Positions 13,460-28,241 of a stretch of 64,000 bases of DNA are shown here, in pieces. Position 1 is the stretch's first letter. Each line of letters begins with the position of its first letter. The notes under the pieces are model-generated. The model did no database searches. It was given only the letters and a program-made list of their open reading frames with translations, and had not been told where the DNA came from. Position numbers and translations under genes: made by a program. The DNA comes from Octopus vulgaris (Eukaryota): positions 15,500,001-15,564,000 of the forward strand of contig OX597814.1 of the NCBI GenBank assembly GCA_951406725.2, written 5' to 3'.

Positions 13460-13790
13460 GAACAGACGTTACTGCTATCTTTAACACCAAGGGAAGGTGT
13501 CCTCCAGCTGGTTATTCGATGCAATTTGCAAGCAGGGATTGAACCCCTACCGTCTTCTAGCTACGAGACCATGAGATTGAACTGTTTCGACCACACTTTG
13601 GTCGTCCTCGGTGATGGATACCTGTCCTCTAGAGATAACAGTAGTTCACTCCAGCTCACAATATATAGAAAGCAAGTAGCACACAGTCACTGATCTTGCA
13701 ACAAGCAAATTAGCTATTTAGAAAATCTCTAAAAGAGATAAAGGTAACTTTGTCGCCACTTAAACATGGCTATTCCGTTGGAACAAATTT
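13460..13790. mobile_element. Diverged copy of the 11048-11493 fold-back family
   Basis: Shares acgttactgctat..ggttattcgatgcaat, tagctacgag, aatatatagaaa..cactgatcttgcaa and cgcc..ttaaacatg with 11048-11493. Confidence 0.6.
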
Positions 13791-15714
13791 TACTGCTTGT
13801 AATGTATATGCGTGAGAGGAAAATATATACGTGAGTACAGATAAGAGGAAGGAAGATGTGTACTCGCAACGAACTTTAGAGTACAAGACAATTTATTAGA
13901 GGCTCAAATAGGAGTCTGACTTTTCAATGGAATGCTAAAATTGGCAGATTACGAATGTGTTTCTTATATTTGTGCATTTCTGACATATTACTTGTTTCTG
14001 TCTCGGAAATGAATATTTGATTAAATTCATGTCAGTACGTGACATGTAATAATTTGGTGGAAATAAATTAAAAGCGAAATGAAATTACCTCTTTTCTGCC
14101 ACCTTTTCTGATACACACTTAACCACTAAACGAGTTTACTTCCTTCTCACCTCCCACTCGCCAACCGACCTTTTCAGTGAGCCATTTTCCCAAACTGTTT
14201 TCTTTGAATCCGACCCTGCTGCTTCTTTGATGTATCTTGGACAACCTCTCCCTTTTTCACAAACCATCAGAATGTGCCCAAACATCTTGTATACATCCAT
14301 TCTCCTGTCACAACCGTAACATTTGTAATTTTATACATGACATTACTTCACTGCTCTACACTGCACTCGCTAAAATCCTTAGTATTTCACTTGTACCACT
14401 TAAACAGGATTTTTTTTAAAGCCATATTTGTGTTTGCATGACACTCTGTATATTTATGTGGTTGAGTAGAAATGTGAAAAGGGACAACATACATGTGTAA
14501 GTAAAGAAGCAGAAGCGATGGACTTCATGAATAAACATGCTTCTACATGGGTAGGGATAACAGTAGAAAACAAAAAGACTGAAGGAAACTAACCGCTCAT
14601 TAACCTACTGGGATTGAGCATATCCATACAGAAAATAAGTCGTTCTTCTTCAAGTGACCTCAACCGATATAAAGAAGAGCAACGGCCTGTTTATCGCATT
14701 ATGATCCCTCCTATTGAAATTTACAACCGGATAGTTTTCCTTTACCGTCTCCCATTACTTTACTTCTTAAGCATCTAGATGCACATGTATTCGTATGGTT
14801 CGTTTATTCCATTTGCCTACTGGCAAAAAACACACTGTCGTACATACTTGGCCAGTCAATTTTTCTATTGAGCCACTCACACAAACTAAGTGTCATACAC
14901 GACACTTGTCACTTAGAAAGAACTCTTGAAACGGCTCTTGTCACTTAGAAGGAATTGGAATGCTAATGATCCTTTTGTCAGGGTCTCAGTGGTTGGTAGA
15001 AAAGATGAAAGTATTGAAAGACAAAATTTCAAACCGGAAACCTAGGGAAATTCTTGTAAAAGAATCCACTTCCCTGAAGGTGCCCAAGGTCTTTGAAGTA
15101 GTGTTATACCGGGTATCGAGTTAAATCTACAAATCAAGTTGATCGTGTCTAGTTTCTAACTAAGAACAGGAACGCATAACGCGAGATATATTTGTGTATA
15201 TAGCACTATGTATGTGTATAAGAATGAGTAAAATATTTGAGTGACCAGGTGTGTGAGACTACCTGAGAATTTTTATGTGTGAGGGGAGGAGTTGAAAGGA
15301 CAATGTGTGCGAATAAGGGAGCATTTACATATATTGTAGGCAAAAGGTAAGGAGAGAGAAAGAGAAAAACAGTGAGATATCTCGTTAGACGTTCGAACGA
15401 TTCTTCCACTTCATTCTAAACAAATTCAATACTGACCGATGTCTGAAGAATGAAAATCAAAGCTTATCTAGGTGGGAAGTGAACTTGGAACAAAAAGCAA
15501 CCGGAATAATTACCGCATGGCATTCTATCAGACGCTCAAATTCTTCACCTAATTCAACATTTGCTTACTGATTCCCATTTCTACTTCTTTTGTATTGACA
15601 ATGACTGGCAGTTACTCCTGTTCTCTTTCCACCTGTTAGAAACTATATATTCCTTCTCAGCGATGCTCATCAAATCCTCGGTTGTGATAAGCAAAGAAAA
15701 CTAAACAATAAATA

Positions 15715-15855
15715 TAAGGTTGTCCCAAAAATTCGTAGAAAGTCTTGGAAAATAATGGTCTTTATTTTGAGGAATATTTTTTGTTGTTTTTGTTAGTACT
15801 TGGCGAGTAAAAATTCAATTTTCGCAAGTGTTTACGGACTTTTGGGACAACCTAA
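15715..15855. mobile_element. Small mariner-type MITE
   Basis: TIR aggttgtcccaaaa (15717-15730) / ttttgggacaacct (15840-15853), extending imperfectly inward; TA dinucleotides at both flanks. Confidence 0.65.
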
Positions 15856-17809
15856 TAAATAAAACTGTATCATTTTGGCATCCTTTTCTCGCTTCTATCT
15901 TAATAAACCGCCTTCCACTAAACTAATTTTATTCTTTTTGTCTTTTCTTTTTCACTTTTTTTCCACTTGGTATAATACACTGTTTATTGTTTATTTTACA
16001 ACTCAATTGTCTTCTACAAATTAACTTCGACGACGCAGACTAGCAAGATTCCAAGGATTCTGAATTTTATAAAATAATTAAAAAGTGAAGAAGAAAACAA
16101 TGTTACACAATGACTGACATTATTTTATTTGGCAAGTACGATAGACTATTATGAACTTATTTCAGTCTAATCCTGACCTCTCCAACAGAGCAAAAGCGTC
16201 ACAGTTTTTCTGAACGTAAATTTTCTTTACGTAAATTTAAATCATTGCACATGGCTTGGAATAGCAGAATAAAATTATCTAGAGAATAACTAAAAACTGA
16301 AAAATACTTGGTCTTGAACGCTTCCATTGCAGCTTTTTCACCACAGTCACGCTTCATGTACTTAGAATACTGAAATTCTGCTTTTGCAAAAATCAAAAAA
16401 ATATTTTAAAAAATTGTTTAATTCTTCAAAAGACATTCGATAATTCTATGAGAAATAAAGAACATCCGGACATGCCATTATTTATTCATAATCTCATTTC
16501 TCTAACAAGACATTAGTGAAAAGAGAGAATTTATTGGTAAAGTGCAATCGCCCATCTACAACTACCGCTATAGCTTTGATTTTCAAGGTCACGCATATTT
16601 CAGCTCCAGTTACCCATTTCTCTATAGTAAATTTAGCTTCTGAAAACTCAAAACAAAACCGAAGAGAAAGAGACAAGTTACCTTCAGACTGCGGATCTGG
16701 TCCGAAAGTGGTCTCCGCTAAAGGTAGTAATAATCGCTACCAAGTTTCCTTCACAACATTGTCATCAATCCGGAGTACAGCAAGTACATCATGCTCAGGA
16801 TACAACGCATCAAATCCACGTGACTGTGAAGCGAACGTCTTAAGCACATATTATTCTTGTGTCCATGACTTCAATCACATGGCTTCAAAGTTCATATCTG
16901 TAGAAGTTATTTCTCTGGTCATGGCGCTCATTCGTTGAAAATGAGTACTATAACTTTAAAAGATATATTTGGTGGACTAGTCAAGAGAAAATTAGCCTTT
17001 CATTTGCATAACACAATAAAACCACGATTTCAGCATGCATCAACCATAAGTTTCAGAATTATAATCTTATGGTCACAAAATCACAGAAACCGTCTTTTCG
17101 TAGAAAATAATTTCACATCTTATGCATTGTCGTCGTCGTCGTTGTTGTGGTGGTGGTGGTGGCTGTTTTTGAGCTTTTGTTCAGCCCTAACGATTATCCA
17201 GATATATTTTACAATGCTTGTAGAACAACATTATTAAATGTGTCACTACATTTATAAGATAGCAAAGTATGATTGAACGGAGATTTGACAGCGATTTCTT
17301 GAAGGATGACAGCGTGCGTAAAGGCTCTCTCTTTGCCACTAACTTATACATAGTCGATAAATAACAAATAGCAAACTACTCTAGTGTGATTTGAAAATAT
17401 ATTCAGTTATTTCATATTTATAGGCAGCGAATTTTCATTTGACAAATGTAGAGCCCTTAAATGCTTGACACCTGGTAGACCAATTGCTATCACGAGATAT
17501 AATAAGGCAGAAATAGTAATTGCTGTTTGTTTGTTTCTTTTCTTCTGATTTTCTATTAAATGCAAGAATGAGTGGATTCTGTCAGCTACTGGTTTGTTCA
17601 TAAGGCTGGTAAAATCACTGCTTAATTAAGATTTCTCTGACAGCAAATAGCTTACAAAAGTATTTCTTACTGGACAGGACCCCAATCTATTACAGGTAAC
17701 TTTAATGGAAGTTTCCATGATTGTTCAAGAAATGAAATTGAAGTGTGGAGATTTGGAGTAAAATGCTGTACCCAAAGAGACGACAAATCACATTAAACTC
17801 GAACCAAAA

Positions 17810-17960
17810 GCGGCCCTACACGGTGATTTGATCTAGAAATAGTAGTAAAATATAATCCGAGATACAATATTCCTCAAATCAAAAAGGGTGGTCATGATCG
17901 GAAAAACCTTTGATCATCGGTCTACTCAATCAGATCTGACGTGAGACTAAACAACAGCAA
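17810..17960 (+). mobile_element. Old dispersed repeat (ctagaaatagcagc...ggtcatg...tttgatcat...ctaaacaacagcaa family)
   Basis: Degenerate relatives at about 2040-2170, 17150-17340 (-), 33300-33440, 61200-61270 (-) and 62070-62110. Confidence 0.4.
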
Positions 17961-19690
17961 AATCAGCATGAAGCACTAAATGGATTTGAACTTGCGATAT
18001 ATGGGCTGGAGATCCAATGCTTAACCCATTCGATTACTTCATTTTAATCCCCTAATTTAGTTTCCCTTTTATAAATGTTATATGCAATACATTGATTAAC
18101 GAATGCAAATATAATTACATCAACGAGTGTTTGACTGTGAAATTGCTAATTATATTCTCATTTGCCAAATATATTGATATTTTCCTCTTTCTATTCCAAA
18201 ACACGACTAATTTAAATATATCTAAATGAATTCTTGAAAATTATATCCCTTTAAATTAAAGTTATTTGTGTAACATAAATCTGTTCTTTTTATTTTAATT
18301 TTCATCATGAATTGGAATTAGATAAAATATATTGCTCAGAATGGAAAGCAAAATAAATGATAGCAGAAATATTAGTCACATTTACTAAAGAATTACATAA
18401 AACATAATTTGATCATAATACGAAATATGTTTTTCAGTTTAAGATAAATTGAATTAAAGTTATAATGAGAAATAATGTTAGATGTTCAATATGTATTTAT
18501 TGCACGTTAGCCATGTACAGTTATGTTTGCTTCCTGTAACGAGTTTTTAAAACGACTCTATCACCAACAATAATATATGTTGCTACATATTAACACGAGG
18601 GCACACAGTTCGAGGGAGAAGAAACAATTAATTCGATATTTCGTCGCCATTACATTACTAACATTTATTTTATCAAATCCAGAATTATTAAATATAAAGG
18701 ATACATAAATATGAATATAAATATAGGAAACGAAACTGCAACATAAAGAATTATAATTAAATACTGCAATTTTTCTAACTCTTTTCCAATTTACCAGGCA
18801 CCATTATTTCAACATTTTACATCGCTACTTAGCTTTTTATCAGGAGGAAATCTAGAGTCAATGATACGTAACATACAGAGCCTCCGAAGCTGATGTGTGA
18901 GAAGGAAATATTTTCAAACCGAAAACCTGGGTCGAATGCTCGCAACAAACTGAACTCCGCTAAACTTATCAAGGTTGCTAAGTAGTGGCTTTTATTTGAG
19001 TAACGGGTAAAGACTACCACTAAATTATGGCATGGTAGGATTGAAACTCCGAACATACAGAGCTGAAGCATTTGCTGCGATATATTGTGTCCGAAGTAAT
19101 TACAATTTGACTAATTCACCCTTCCGATTGGTAGATTTCTATGAAATGCCCCGAATTGGAAGAAATATCAACCTCGGGGTTATTCGAACTTGGGGTTCAG
19201 AGAGTGAAGTAAAAGAAACCGCGAATCATTCTGTCCGACACTCTAACGACTTTACCCATTCGCAGCCACGATTGTCTCTGTTTTATGTAGGTCCAGTTCA
19301 GACTTACAGTAGGTCTACGATAAAGAGCATTTCTATCGTATCGTTGTACATCGTTTCCCCCTTTTTTTTTCAGATAATGTATTTAGAACCATACTCGATT
19401 ACATTCGGTTTGAATATATATTGCTGCAGTTGTTAGTTTAAGCAGTCGTTGGCGAACAACCACCAATGGGATATCAAAGGAAAAGTATTAGTTAGTGATA
19501 ATATTATCCCAATGCATTTAGTAAGATAGTGATAATCATCGGACAAGTGACATAATAGAAATAACCAAGGCACTAAACACATATACACACGCGTGTGTGT
19601 ATTTGTGTATATAGAAATAATTAAGGCACTATGCACTCAACCACACACGCACGTGCGAGTGGGTGACTAAACTATAAGGGAAACATATAA

Positions 19691-19921
19691 GGCGGCGAGC
19701 TGGCAGAACCGTTAGCACGCCGGGCGAAATGCGTAGCCATATTTCGTCTACCGTTACGTTCCGAGTTCAAATTCCGCGGAGGTCGACTTTGCATTTCACT
19801 TTTCGGGGTCGATAAATTAAGTACCAGTTACGCACTGGGGTCGATGTAATCGACTTAAATTCGTTTGTCTGTTCTTGTTAGTCCCCTCCATGTTTAGCCC
19901 CTTGTGGGTAGTAAAGAAACA
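19691..19921 (+). mobile_element. SINE family A, full length
   Basis: 16-bp TSD tataagggaaacatat at 19673-19688 and 19922-19937. Confidence 0.93.
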
Positions 19922-20204
19922 TATAAGGGAAACATATGCATATGCTAAGGCAAAGGAATCCATTGCAGTTTATATTTACAGAGAGAACTGTATGTTGAAT
20001 ATTTTCACCATACAATATTTTCACCATATTTTCACATATGAACTGTGATCAAAAGTCGATAAAAGCTTTAGTAATGATGTATTTGCTATAACGGACTACA
20101 TAGTATACATACATATAATATTTGCTCCCACTTATACATATATATGTCAACTGATAGGTAAATGTAAAGATTTTATACACACACATATTAATAATATTCC
20201 TTTT

Positions 20205-20402
20205 TACTATTGTTACAAGGACTAATATTTTGGTGAAGAGGACCAGTCGATTACATCGACCCCAGTGCGTAACTCGTATATAATTTATCGACACCCCGAG
20301 AGGCGAAGTCGACACTGGCGGCATTTGAACTCAGGACACAGAGACAGACAGAATACCACTAAGCATTTTGCCTGGCGTGCTAACGATTTTGCCAACTCCC
20401 CT
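20205..20402 (-). mobile_element. SINE family A-related, degenerate
   Basis: agtcgattacatcgaccccagtgcgtaact...tttgaactcag...aagcattttgcctggcgtgctaacg. Confidence 0.75.
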
Positions 20403-20672
20403 TTATATATATCAATAGTAATTCGGATTAATACGAAGTGGAATAGCATTACTTTTAATTCCTTTTGATATATACAGCTTCATATAGACCTACACATGTT
20501 TCTATTGCATCACTTAGTAATCTTTGCTGTTGCAACCTACTATAATACCGGTGCAGTTTCTTTCGGGTCTTTAATATTCTCCGAGTAAACTGTTTATCTA
20601 CTGTTTTGTATGATGTGGAGTACGTTCGATAATTTACGTGAGCTAACTTCAATTCAAGTTTTGATTGCATAA

Positions 20673-21068
20673 TCTCTATATATAAAAGTCAAGTTGTGTG
20701 TCTGTCTCCTACAATTTAGATTCCTAACTACTCCCACATTTTGCGGTGCAGTTTAACCAAAACGGGGTATCTTATAGTCGTGATTCATATAGAGCCCTTC
20801 TGGGTATTAGCGCGCGTCTACGATGATTCTACGATTTAAAAAAAAAATTACCATAATTTTTCCGTATTTTTAATGCATTTTCGCTCGGTTTATATAAGGG
20901 AAGTAACTCTCTAAAAATGTATTATTAAATCTCAGAACGTAAAAAGCTACAGTAACACCCCCCTTTGTGGTTAGCCATATTGAGATGGCTATTATACTTT
21001 ACATCTCTAAAAGTGCTTATATAGTTATTTCCCTTACAAACCCGAGCAACGCCGGGTGATACTACTAG
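20673..21068 (+). mobile_element. Non-autonomous Helitron (396 bp)
   Basis: Inserted between A and T with no TSD; 5' TC (tctctatatataaa); subterminal hairpin cccg-agcaacgc-cggg at 21041-21056; 3' CTAG at 21065-21068. Confidence 0.8.
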
Positions 21069-21129
21069 TTACTTATAACCTGAGCCTAAAAGAGCCTGTT
21101 GTAACAGAAGAATTGGAACTGGAATTAAC

Positions 21130-21445
21130 AGCAAACTTTGGATATGTTTTATATGCGATTGTGTTCCTGTTGTTAAAAGCAAGATGGGTGAAACATATGA
21201 AGTCAAGGGAAAATCGAAATGTCCTGGTAGATGACATACTTGAGACCAAAAGCTCCTTTTACGACTTGTGTCATACGGTACAAAACTTGTAAAGCAATAT
21301 CTGGACTTAAAAGACATATACTAGTTCACAAAAGCATTCCTTCAGAATTAGATTTCAAAGGGCAAAGGTGTAGAAGAAACTTGAATAATATCTGTCATTT
21401 GTGTTTTAAACCCTATTAATCAGCAGCTGGTCTTAAAAGTCAAAT
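21130..21445 (+). pseudogene. Three degenerate tandem C2H2 zinc-finger remnants, probably the C-terminus of a retroelement ORF
   Basis: Frameshifted pieces LLLKARWVKHMKSRE, CVIRYKTCKAISGLKRHILVH and [17 protein letters not shown]; no TGEKP linkers. Confidence 0.5.
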
Positions 21446-21464
21446 ATATTCATGAACATACAAA

Positions 21465-21476
21465 CACACACACATA

Positions 21477-21520
<44 letters not shown>

Positions 21521-21527
21521 CATATAC

Positions 21528-21593
<66 letters not shown>

Positions 21594-21598
21594 ATATG

Positions 21599-21632
<34 letters not shown>

Positions 21633-21654
21633 CATACATACATATATATATGTA

Positions 21655-21726
<72 letters not shown>

Positions 21727-22033
21727 TTTCTTTCTCTTTCTCTCTCACTATATAATATGGGTGTGAATACGGACATGAATGCGACTGTGCGTGTACCACT
21801 ATGTGTGCGTGTATCATTTCTTCTTCTTTGGCTTCAGACGAATCAACTTTCAATAAATATTATTCCAATCTACCTAACAGTTGTGAGTAGTTTTTCCGCT
21901 TAATTGAATTTCATAACAGGAGAAACCACCATCCGTTATATGTGCGCGTGTGACGTGCGTGTGTGCGAGAGTGGGATGCGCACATACACACACATACTCA
22001 TATTTATATTTATATATATATACATAGAGATAT

Positions 22034-22104
<71 letters not shown>

Positions 22105-22315
22105 TGTATGCATTTACATACACTTATATATATGTGTGTATATATATATACATATATGTATGCATTTACATACACTTATATATATGTGTGTATATATATA
22201 TACATATATATATATACATATATATATATATACATATATATATATACATATATATATATACATATATATATACATATATATACATATATATATATATATA
22301 CATATATATATACAT

Positions 22316-22366
<51 letters not shown>

Positions 22367-22491
22367 TGTATGCATTTACATACACTTATATATATGTGTG
22401 TATATATATATACATATATATATATACATATATATATATATACATATATATATATACATATATATATACATATATATATACATATATATAC

Positions 22492-22574
<83 letters not shown>

Positions 22575-22625
22575 CATATATGTATGCATTTACATACACT
22601 TATATATATGTGTGTATATATCTAC
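21465..22625. repeat. Large (TA)n-rich compound microsatellite field with higher-order repeat
   Basis: Marker catatatgtatgcatttacatacacttatatatatgtgtg recurs at about 22099, 22151, 22361 and 22576. Confidence 0.9.
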
Positions 22626-23085
22626 ATACAAACATGCATACACACACATTACATTCTATATCATATTAAATTATATATATGTCCTTTTGAGCGAAAGCAC
22701 GGGTTGCATGAAATCCTAGAGCTGCTCCAGCTTTCATCGATTGACAGATCACAGTGAAAAATCAGTTAATCTGCCAGTATTAACTCTGTCCTAACACGTC
22801 AGGATATTCTATTCGATTGATCCATGATAGTGAAAAAATTACACATAGACGATGGTCCTTTCTCTTTTATAACTGAGGAGCCGTTCGTGATTCATGCCGT
22901 ATCACCAGGTAAAAAAGAAATAATGCAATCTCAATGATATTATATTTTAATTATAGCGATGTGTGTTTACCCATCATCATTTTTTCTTCCATTTCTTTCT
23001 GTCTTTTTCTATCTCAATTGATCTATCTATCGATCTATTTATGGTCGAATCTCGCTAGCTGTCTCACTACCTATCTATGCCTCTA

Positions 23086-23119
<34 letters not shown>

Positions 23120-23377
23120 GATGCGTAATATAGAGATGCATCTCTTTCCAGTCTCATCATTTTTTTTTCTATTTCCAACATCGCTTGCTCAGTGAATCGT
23201 GTGCAAGTATTTTTTTTTATTTATTTTTAAATCTGAGGGTGTATAAATATGTATGCATGTCAAAACATATGCACACACATGAGTATGACGAAGGATATTG
23301 AATTGTTCGATGAAATGAAAGACTTGCTCTGTAAATAAACAAGTGAATTGTTTGAGAATTCCACACACACATATACC

Positions 23378-23608
23378 TATTTCATTACTACCCACAAGGG
23401 GCTAAACACAGAGGGGACAAACAAGGACTGACAAACGGATTAAGACGATTACATCGAGACCAGTGCGTAACTGGTACTTAATTTATCGACCCCGAAAGGA
23501 TGAAAGGCAAAGTCGACCGCAGCGGAATTTGAACTCAGAACGTAGCGGCAGACGAAATACTGCAAAGCATTTCGCCCGGCGTGCTAACGATTCTGCCAGC
23601 TCGCCGCC
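23378..23608 (-). mobile_element. SINE family A, full length
   Basis: 19-bp TSD ttccacacacacatatacc at 23359-23377 and 23610-23628. Confidence 0.93.
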
Positions 23609-23963
23609 TTTCCACACACACATATACCGTTAACATAAGGGTATTTCAACACAGCACTACAAGTTCAATCCATGAGACAGTCTTACTGTTAGTCTCATTC
23701 TCCGTAATATTTTTCACCAGGCTTGTTAAAACATGAATCAAAAGATACGTTGATAGTGTTTCGCAATAGACGCGAATTCGAGCGTTCGTGAATACGAAGT
23801 GAACTGCAGAACTATTCATCCATGCTGCACCTACGTATGCATACACTCACACACACATACGGACACTCACGCGCACACATGCACACAAACACACATATAT
23901 GTCTGCATTATCTATGTATTTTTATTCGTTTCTTATCTCAGTAATAAGACTGCGGCCATACTG

Positions 23964-24076
23964 TATGGTTCCTGGTTCACACCCTTGCGTGGCACCTTGT
24001 GTCTCTACTATTGCCTCGGGCCGACCACAAAGCCTTGTGAGTGGATTTGGTAGACGTAAACTGAAAGAAACCCGTC

Positions 24077-24131
<55 letters not shown>
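23964..24131 (+). mobile_element. SINE family C 5' half, broken at its internal (TA)n
   Basis: ggccgaccacaaagccttgtgagtggatttggtagacgtaaactgaaagaaacccgtcg(ta)n matches 6680-6745. Confidence 0.8.
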
Positions 24132-24135
<4 letters not shown>

Positions 24136-24330
24136 ATCCAAACACGAAAACACAAAAAAACAACGCGGGGACGTGGAACAAATATAGTATTATTGGACGC
24201 TCAGGAAAGAAGGGAAGAAGGAGAGTTTAACGTTTCGAGCGGAGCTTTTCGTCGGAAACATAGGAGAAGGAAAGATCCAGAGAAGGGAAGACAGAGGAAA
24301 AAAAAATCGCCAACGGTACACACGAGGTGT
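24132..24330 (-). mobile_element. (TA)n-inserted fragment with hammerhead-like motif (probable Penelope terminal repeat)
   Basis: Minus strand 24259-24225: gttt CCGACGA aaagc-tcc-gctc GAAA cg TT aaac; close copy at 59717-59920. Confidence 0.6.
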
Positions 24331-25730
24331 ACATACATACATATATGTATGTGTGTGTATGTATGTACATACTAATAGACGCGCACACGCACACACACAT
24401 ATACATACACACATGGCATAGGCAAAATTTAGACCAGTTAAAATATGTTTGTAACGTTTCAAATTCTTAAGCCAAATTAACTGCAGTTACTGTGGAGATA
24501 GAGATCTCTCTATTATAGTTAGATATGCAAACACACCATATCTGTCCAGTGTTGACCCTGTTTTTTAGATTACCAGATACAGCGCTTCTTGCTCTTTTAC
24601 CGTTATTAATGGTAAATACCAAAGATAGGTATACTGGGGTAGATTTAAAAACTTAGATTTAATTAAAACACAGTCAACAAAATTATGTGGTGATATAATT
24701 CAAGAAATTCAGTTTGTTTAACCCCTGTCATCCCTAATTGAATGATACCTCTCCAGTGATTTGTGTGGTGGACGATGACAACTTTGTTCGATTCAGTATT
24801 GATAGTGATATTTTCGAATTAGGGTGAGAGTAAGATTACCAGCTGAAGTGTAGGCAGTTTGTGTAGCCTTGTATGTTTTGCGCTATATGCAATGCAAGTC
24901 CGCTCAACCGTGACTACTGCTATTCTCCTAGAACTGAGAAAAGTAACACTGTATAAATAAAAGCTAAATCCAATGACAATTTTATAGAATCGTCTGTAGT
25001 TCCCTCAGCCGCAGTGTAGAACGGTATTTTCCCTGTTGCCATAGCCTACGAATCAGCTTTACCCCTTTACAAAAATCCATTTATTTGTGGCCATTCGCCG
25101 ATATCTAATTCTTTCATCTATACTCCCACTCAACAACCTGGATGCACCGAATATGAATAGGCCATAATATGTATCTGCATATAGCCAGGCTCAGTGGGAA
25201 ACTGGAAAGTATGTGTAGCATCATCCTAACCCACACACATCTGCACGGACCACTTTCATTATTTGCCAACACTATAGGAAACAGTCGTAGGCGTATCAAA
25301 CAAATACAGTTGGTTCTAGCAGGATTCCATGACCAAAGAATACTCCATGTTATCTAAAACTTCCATTTTAATAATGTCTTCTTGATATTTACATTAAAGT
25401 AAATTCGGAGTGTTGAATATTTCTTACTTCCTTGTCTGGTCATCATCCATTTTCTGTTTTTGATTCATGATGAGGTATGATAAAAATTTCGAATTTCCGG
25501 AGCTATCCTAATTGATCTGCATGGGATCTATTTTATCCCTGAATACTAGAAAGGTCACACAATATTTTGTCATCTGAAGGGACATCCATTTTTGACAGTC
25601 GGGTGAAACACATGTGTCACATTTCAAATAGTATTCTGACTTTATATTTACATACATACATACATAAATACATACATACATACACACATACATACATACC
25701 TACCTAAATACATACGTACATATATGTGTG

Positions 25731-25769
<39 letters not shown>

Positions 25770-25776
25770 TATAAAT

Positions 25777-25827
<51 letters not shown>

Positions 25828-26097
25828 TATAAATACATATATCTACACTCACGCACATACACACGCACATACATCAATATGTAATAATAATATCGATAAT
25901 AATAATAATAATAATAACAAATTAAAATATGCCAATCGTAAATCTCCATTTTCTTTTAATTTTAGTATATATATATATATATATATACTAAGCAATAAAG
26001 GGTTTGGCAACGAATTGCCTTACCACATACCGAATTTAGAAATAGCAGTCAAAGAGTTATAGCTATTTCTTCTATTTCTTCTTTAATTTCACCCTTC

Positions 26098-27105
<1,008 letters not shown>

Positions 27106-28206
27106 CAGATTAGCAAATATCCATAAATAGTTTTAGTCTCAATTATCTTACTATTGTCATTGAATGATCGCAGACTTGTTCAAAACATGACCAGAATATG
27201 TTAAATATGTTACGTTTGATGTAAACTCATTTAATATTAGTTATTCATAAAAATTCTATAACCCTCTATACAGAACAGAGTAATTGTATTAAATATCACT
27301 ATATAATAAAAACTGGTGCCTCTTATACTCTCAGGGTTTATTTTGGACAGGGTAATTCTTCTTGTGTTACTCAAATGATGAAATATTACGTAGAGTCTAT
27401 CACCAACAATGTTTTAATTCAACGAGGCATCATCTTGGTTAAGCTTAAATTGGTCAGTTGCAGACATCATATTGGGGATGCTCTATATCGAGATGATTGA
27501 ACCCGTAGGAGAGCTCCGAAAATGTGAGAAGCTGTTCAATGTGCTCAGTTGCCGTGAAGAGTGAAACATCTTGTGTGCCGGGTCCCTACCCGATATCTGA
27601 GAGTGAGTGTTAGAGAAAAGAGAAGGAAACTAGGAAACAAAGAAGATAATTTTATCACTAGGATTTGAAGTCAAGACAAAAGATGAATGAATGAACATGC
27701 CGGAGTGTGATGAGCCTGAGAGAAGAGTGTTGGAAATGTATGGTAGGATATGAGTAAAATGTGAAGAAGCTAGAATTGGAGAACTGACTTTGAAATATCA
27801 AATACACCTTTATATACATTGATATTTCATAATCATGTGTGTATATATTATTGCTGTAATTTTTTCTGCTTCGCTTTCTTTTTTTTTTTTTTTTGAGATC
27901 AAGGCTGTGTTTGATCCGATAATTGCACACTAAAACTCAATTTGGAAAGTATACTGTGCAACACCCGCTGATGTCCATAACAGGGAAGCGAATTTTTCAT
28001 AGCTTCTGAACTAGATAAACTGAATTATTGAGAGATTAATTTTTTCCCCAATGAAACTCAACGAAATAAGTGATATGATAGGAACTAAGTCAACTTTGAT
28101 TTGATGGCCAATAACCCTATCGACTCTTCTAACAGAACCTCTCACAAAGAATTATTAATAAAGTAAATCTTAAAAAAGAAAAGTAACGGAAACATCATAG
28201 AATCAA

Positions 28207-28241
<35 letters not shown>

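Noticed and set aside
14150-14300. Possible RTE-LINE 3' relic on the minus strand (GHIL..KGRGCPR)
   Set aside because: Too degenerate to support
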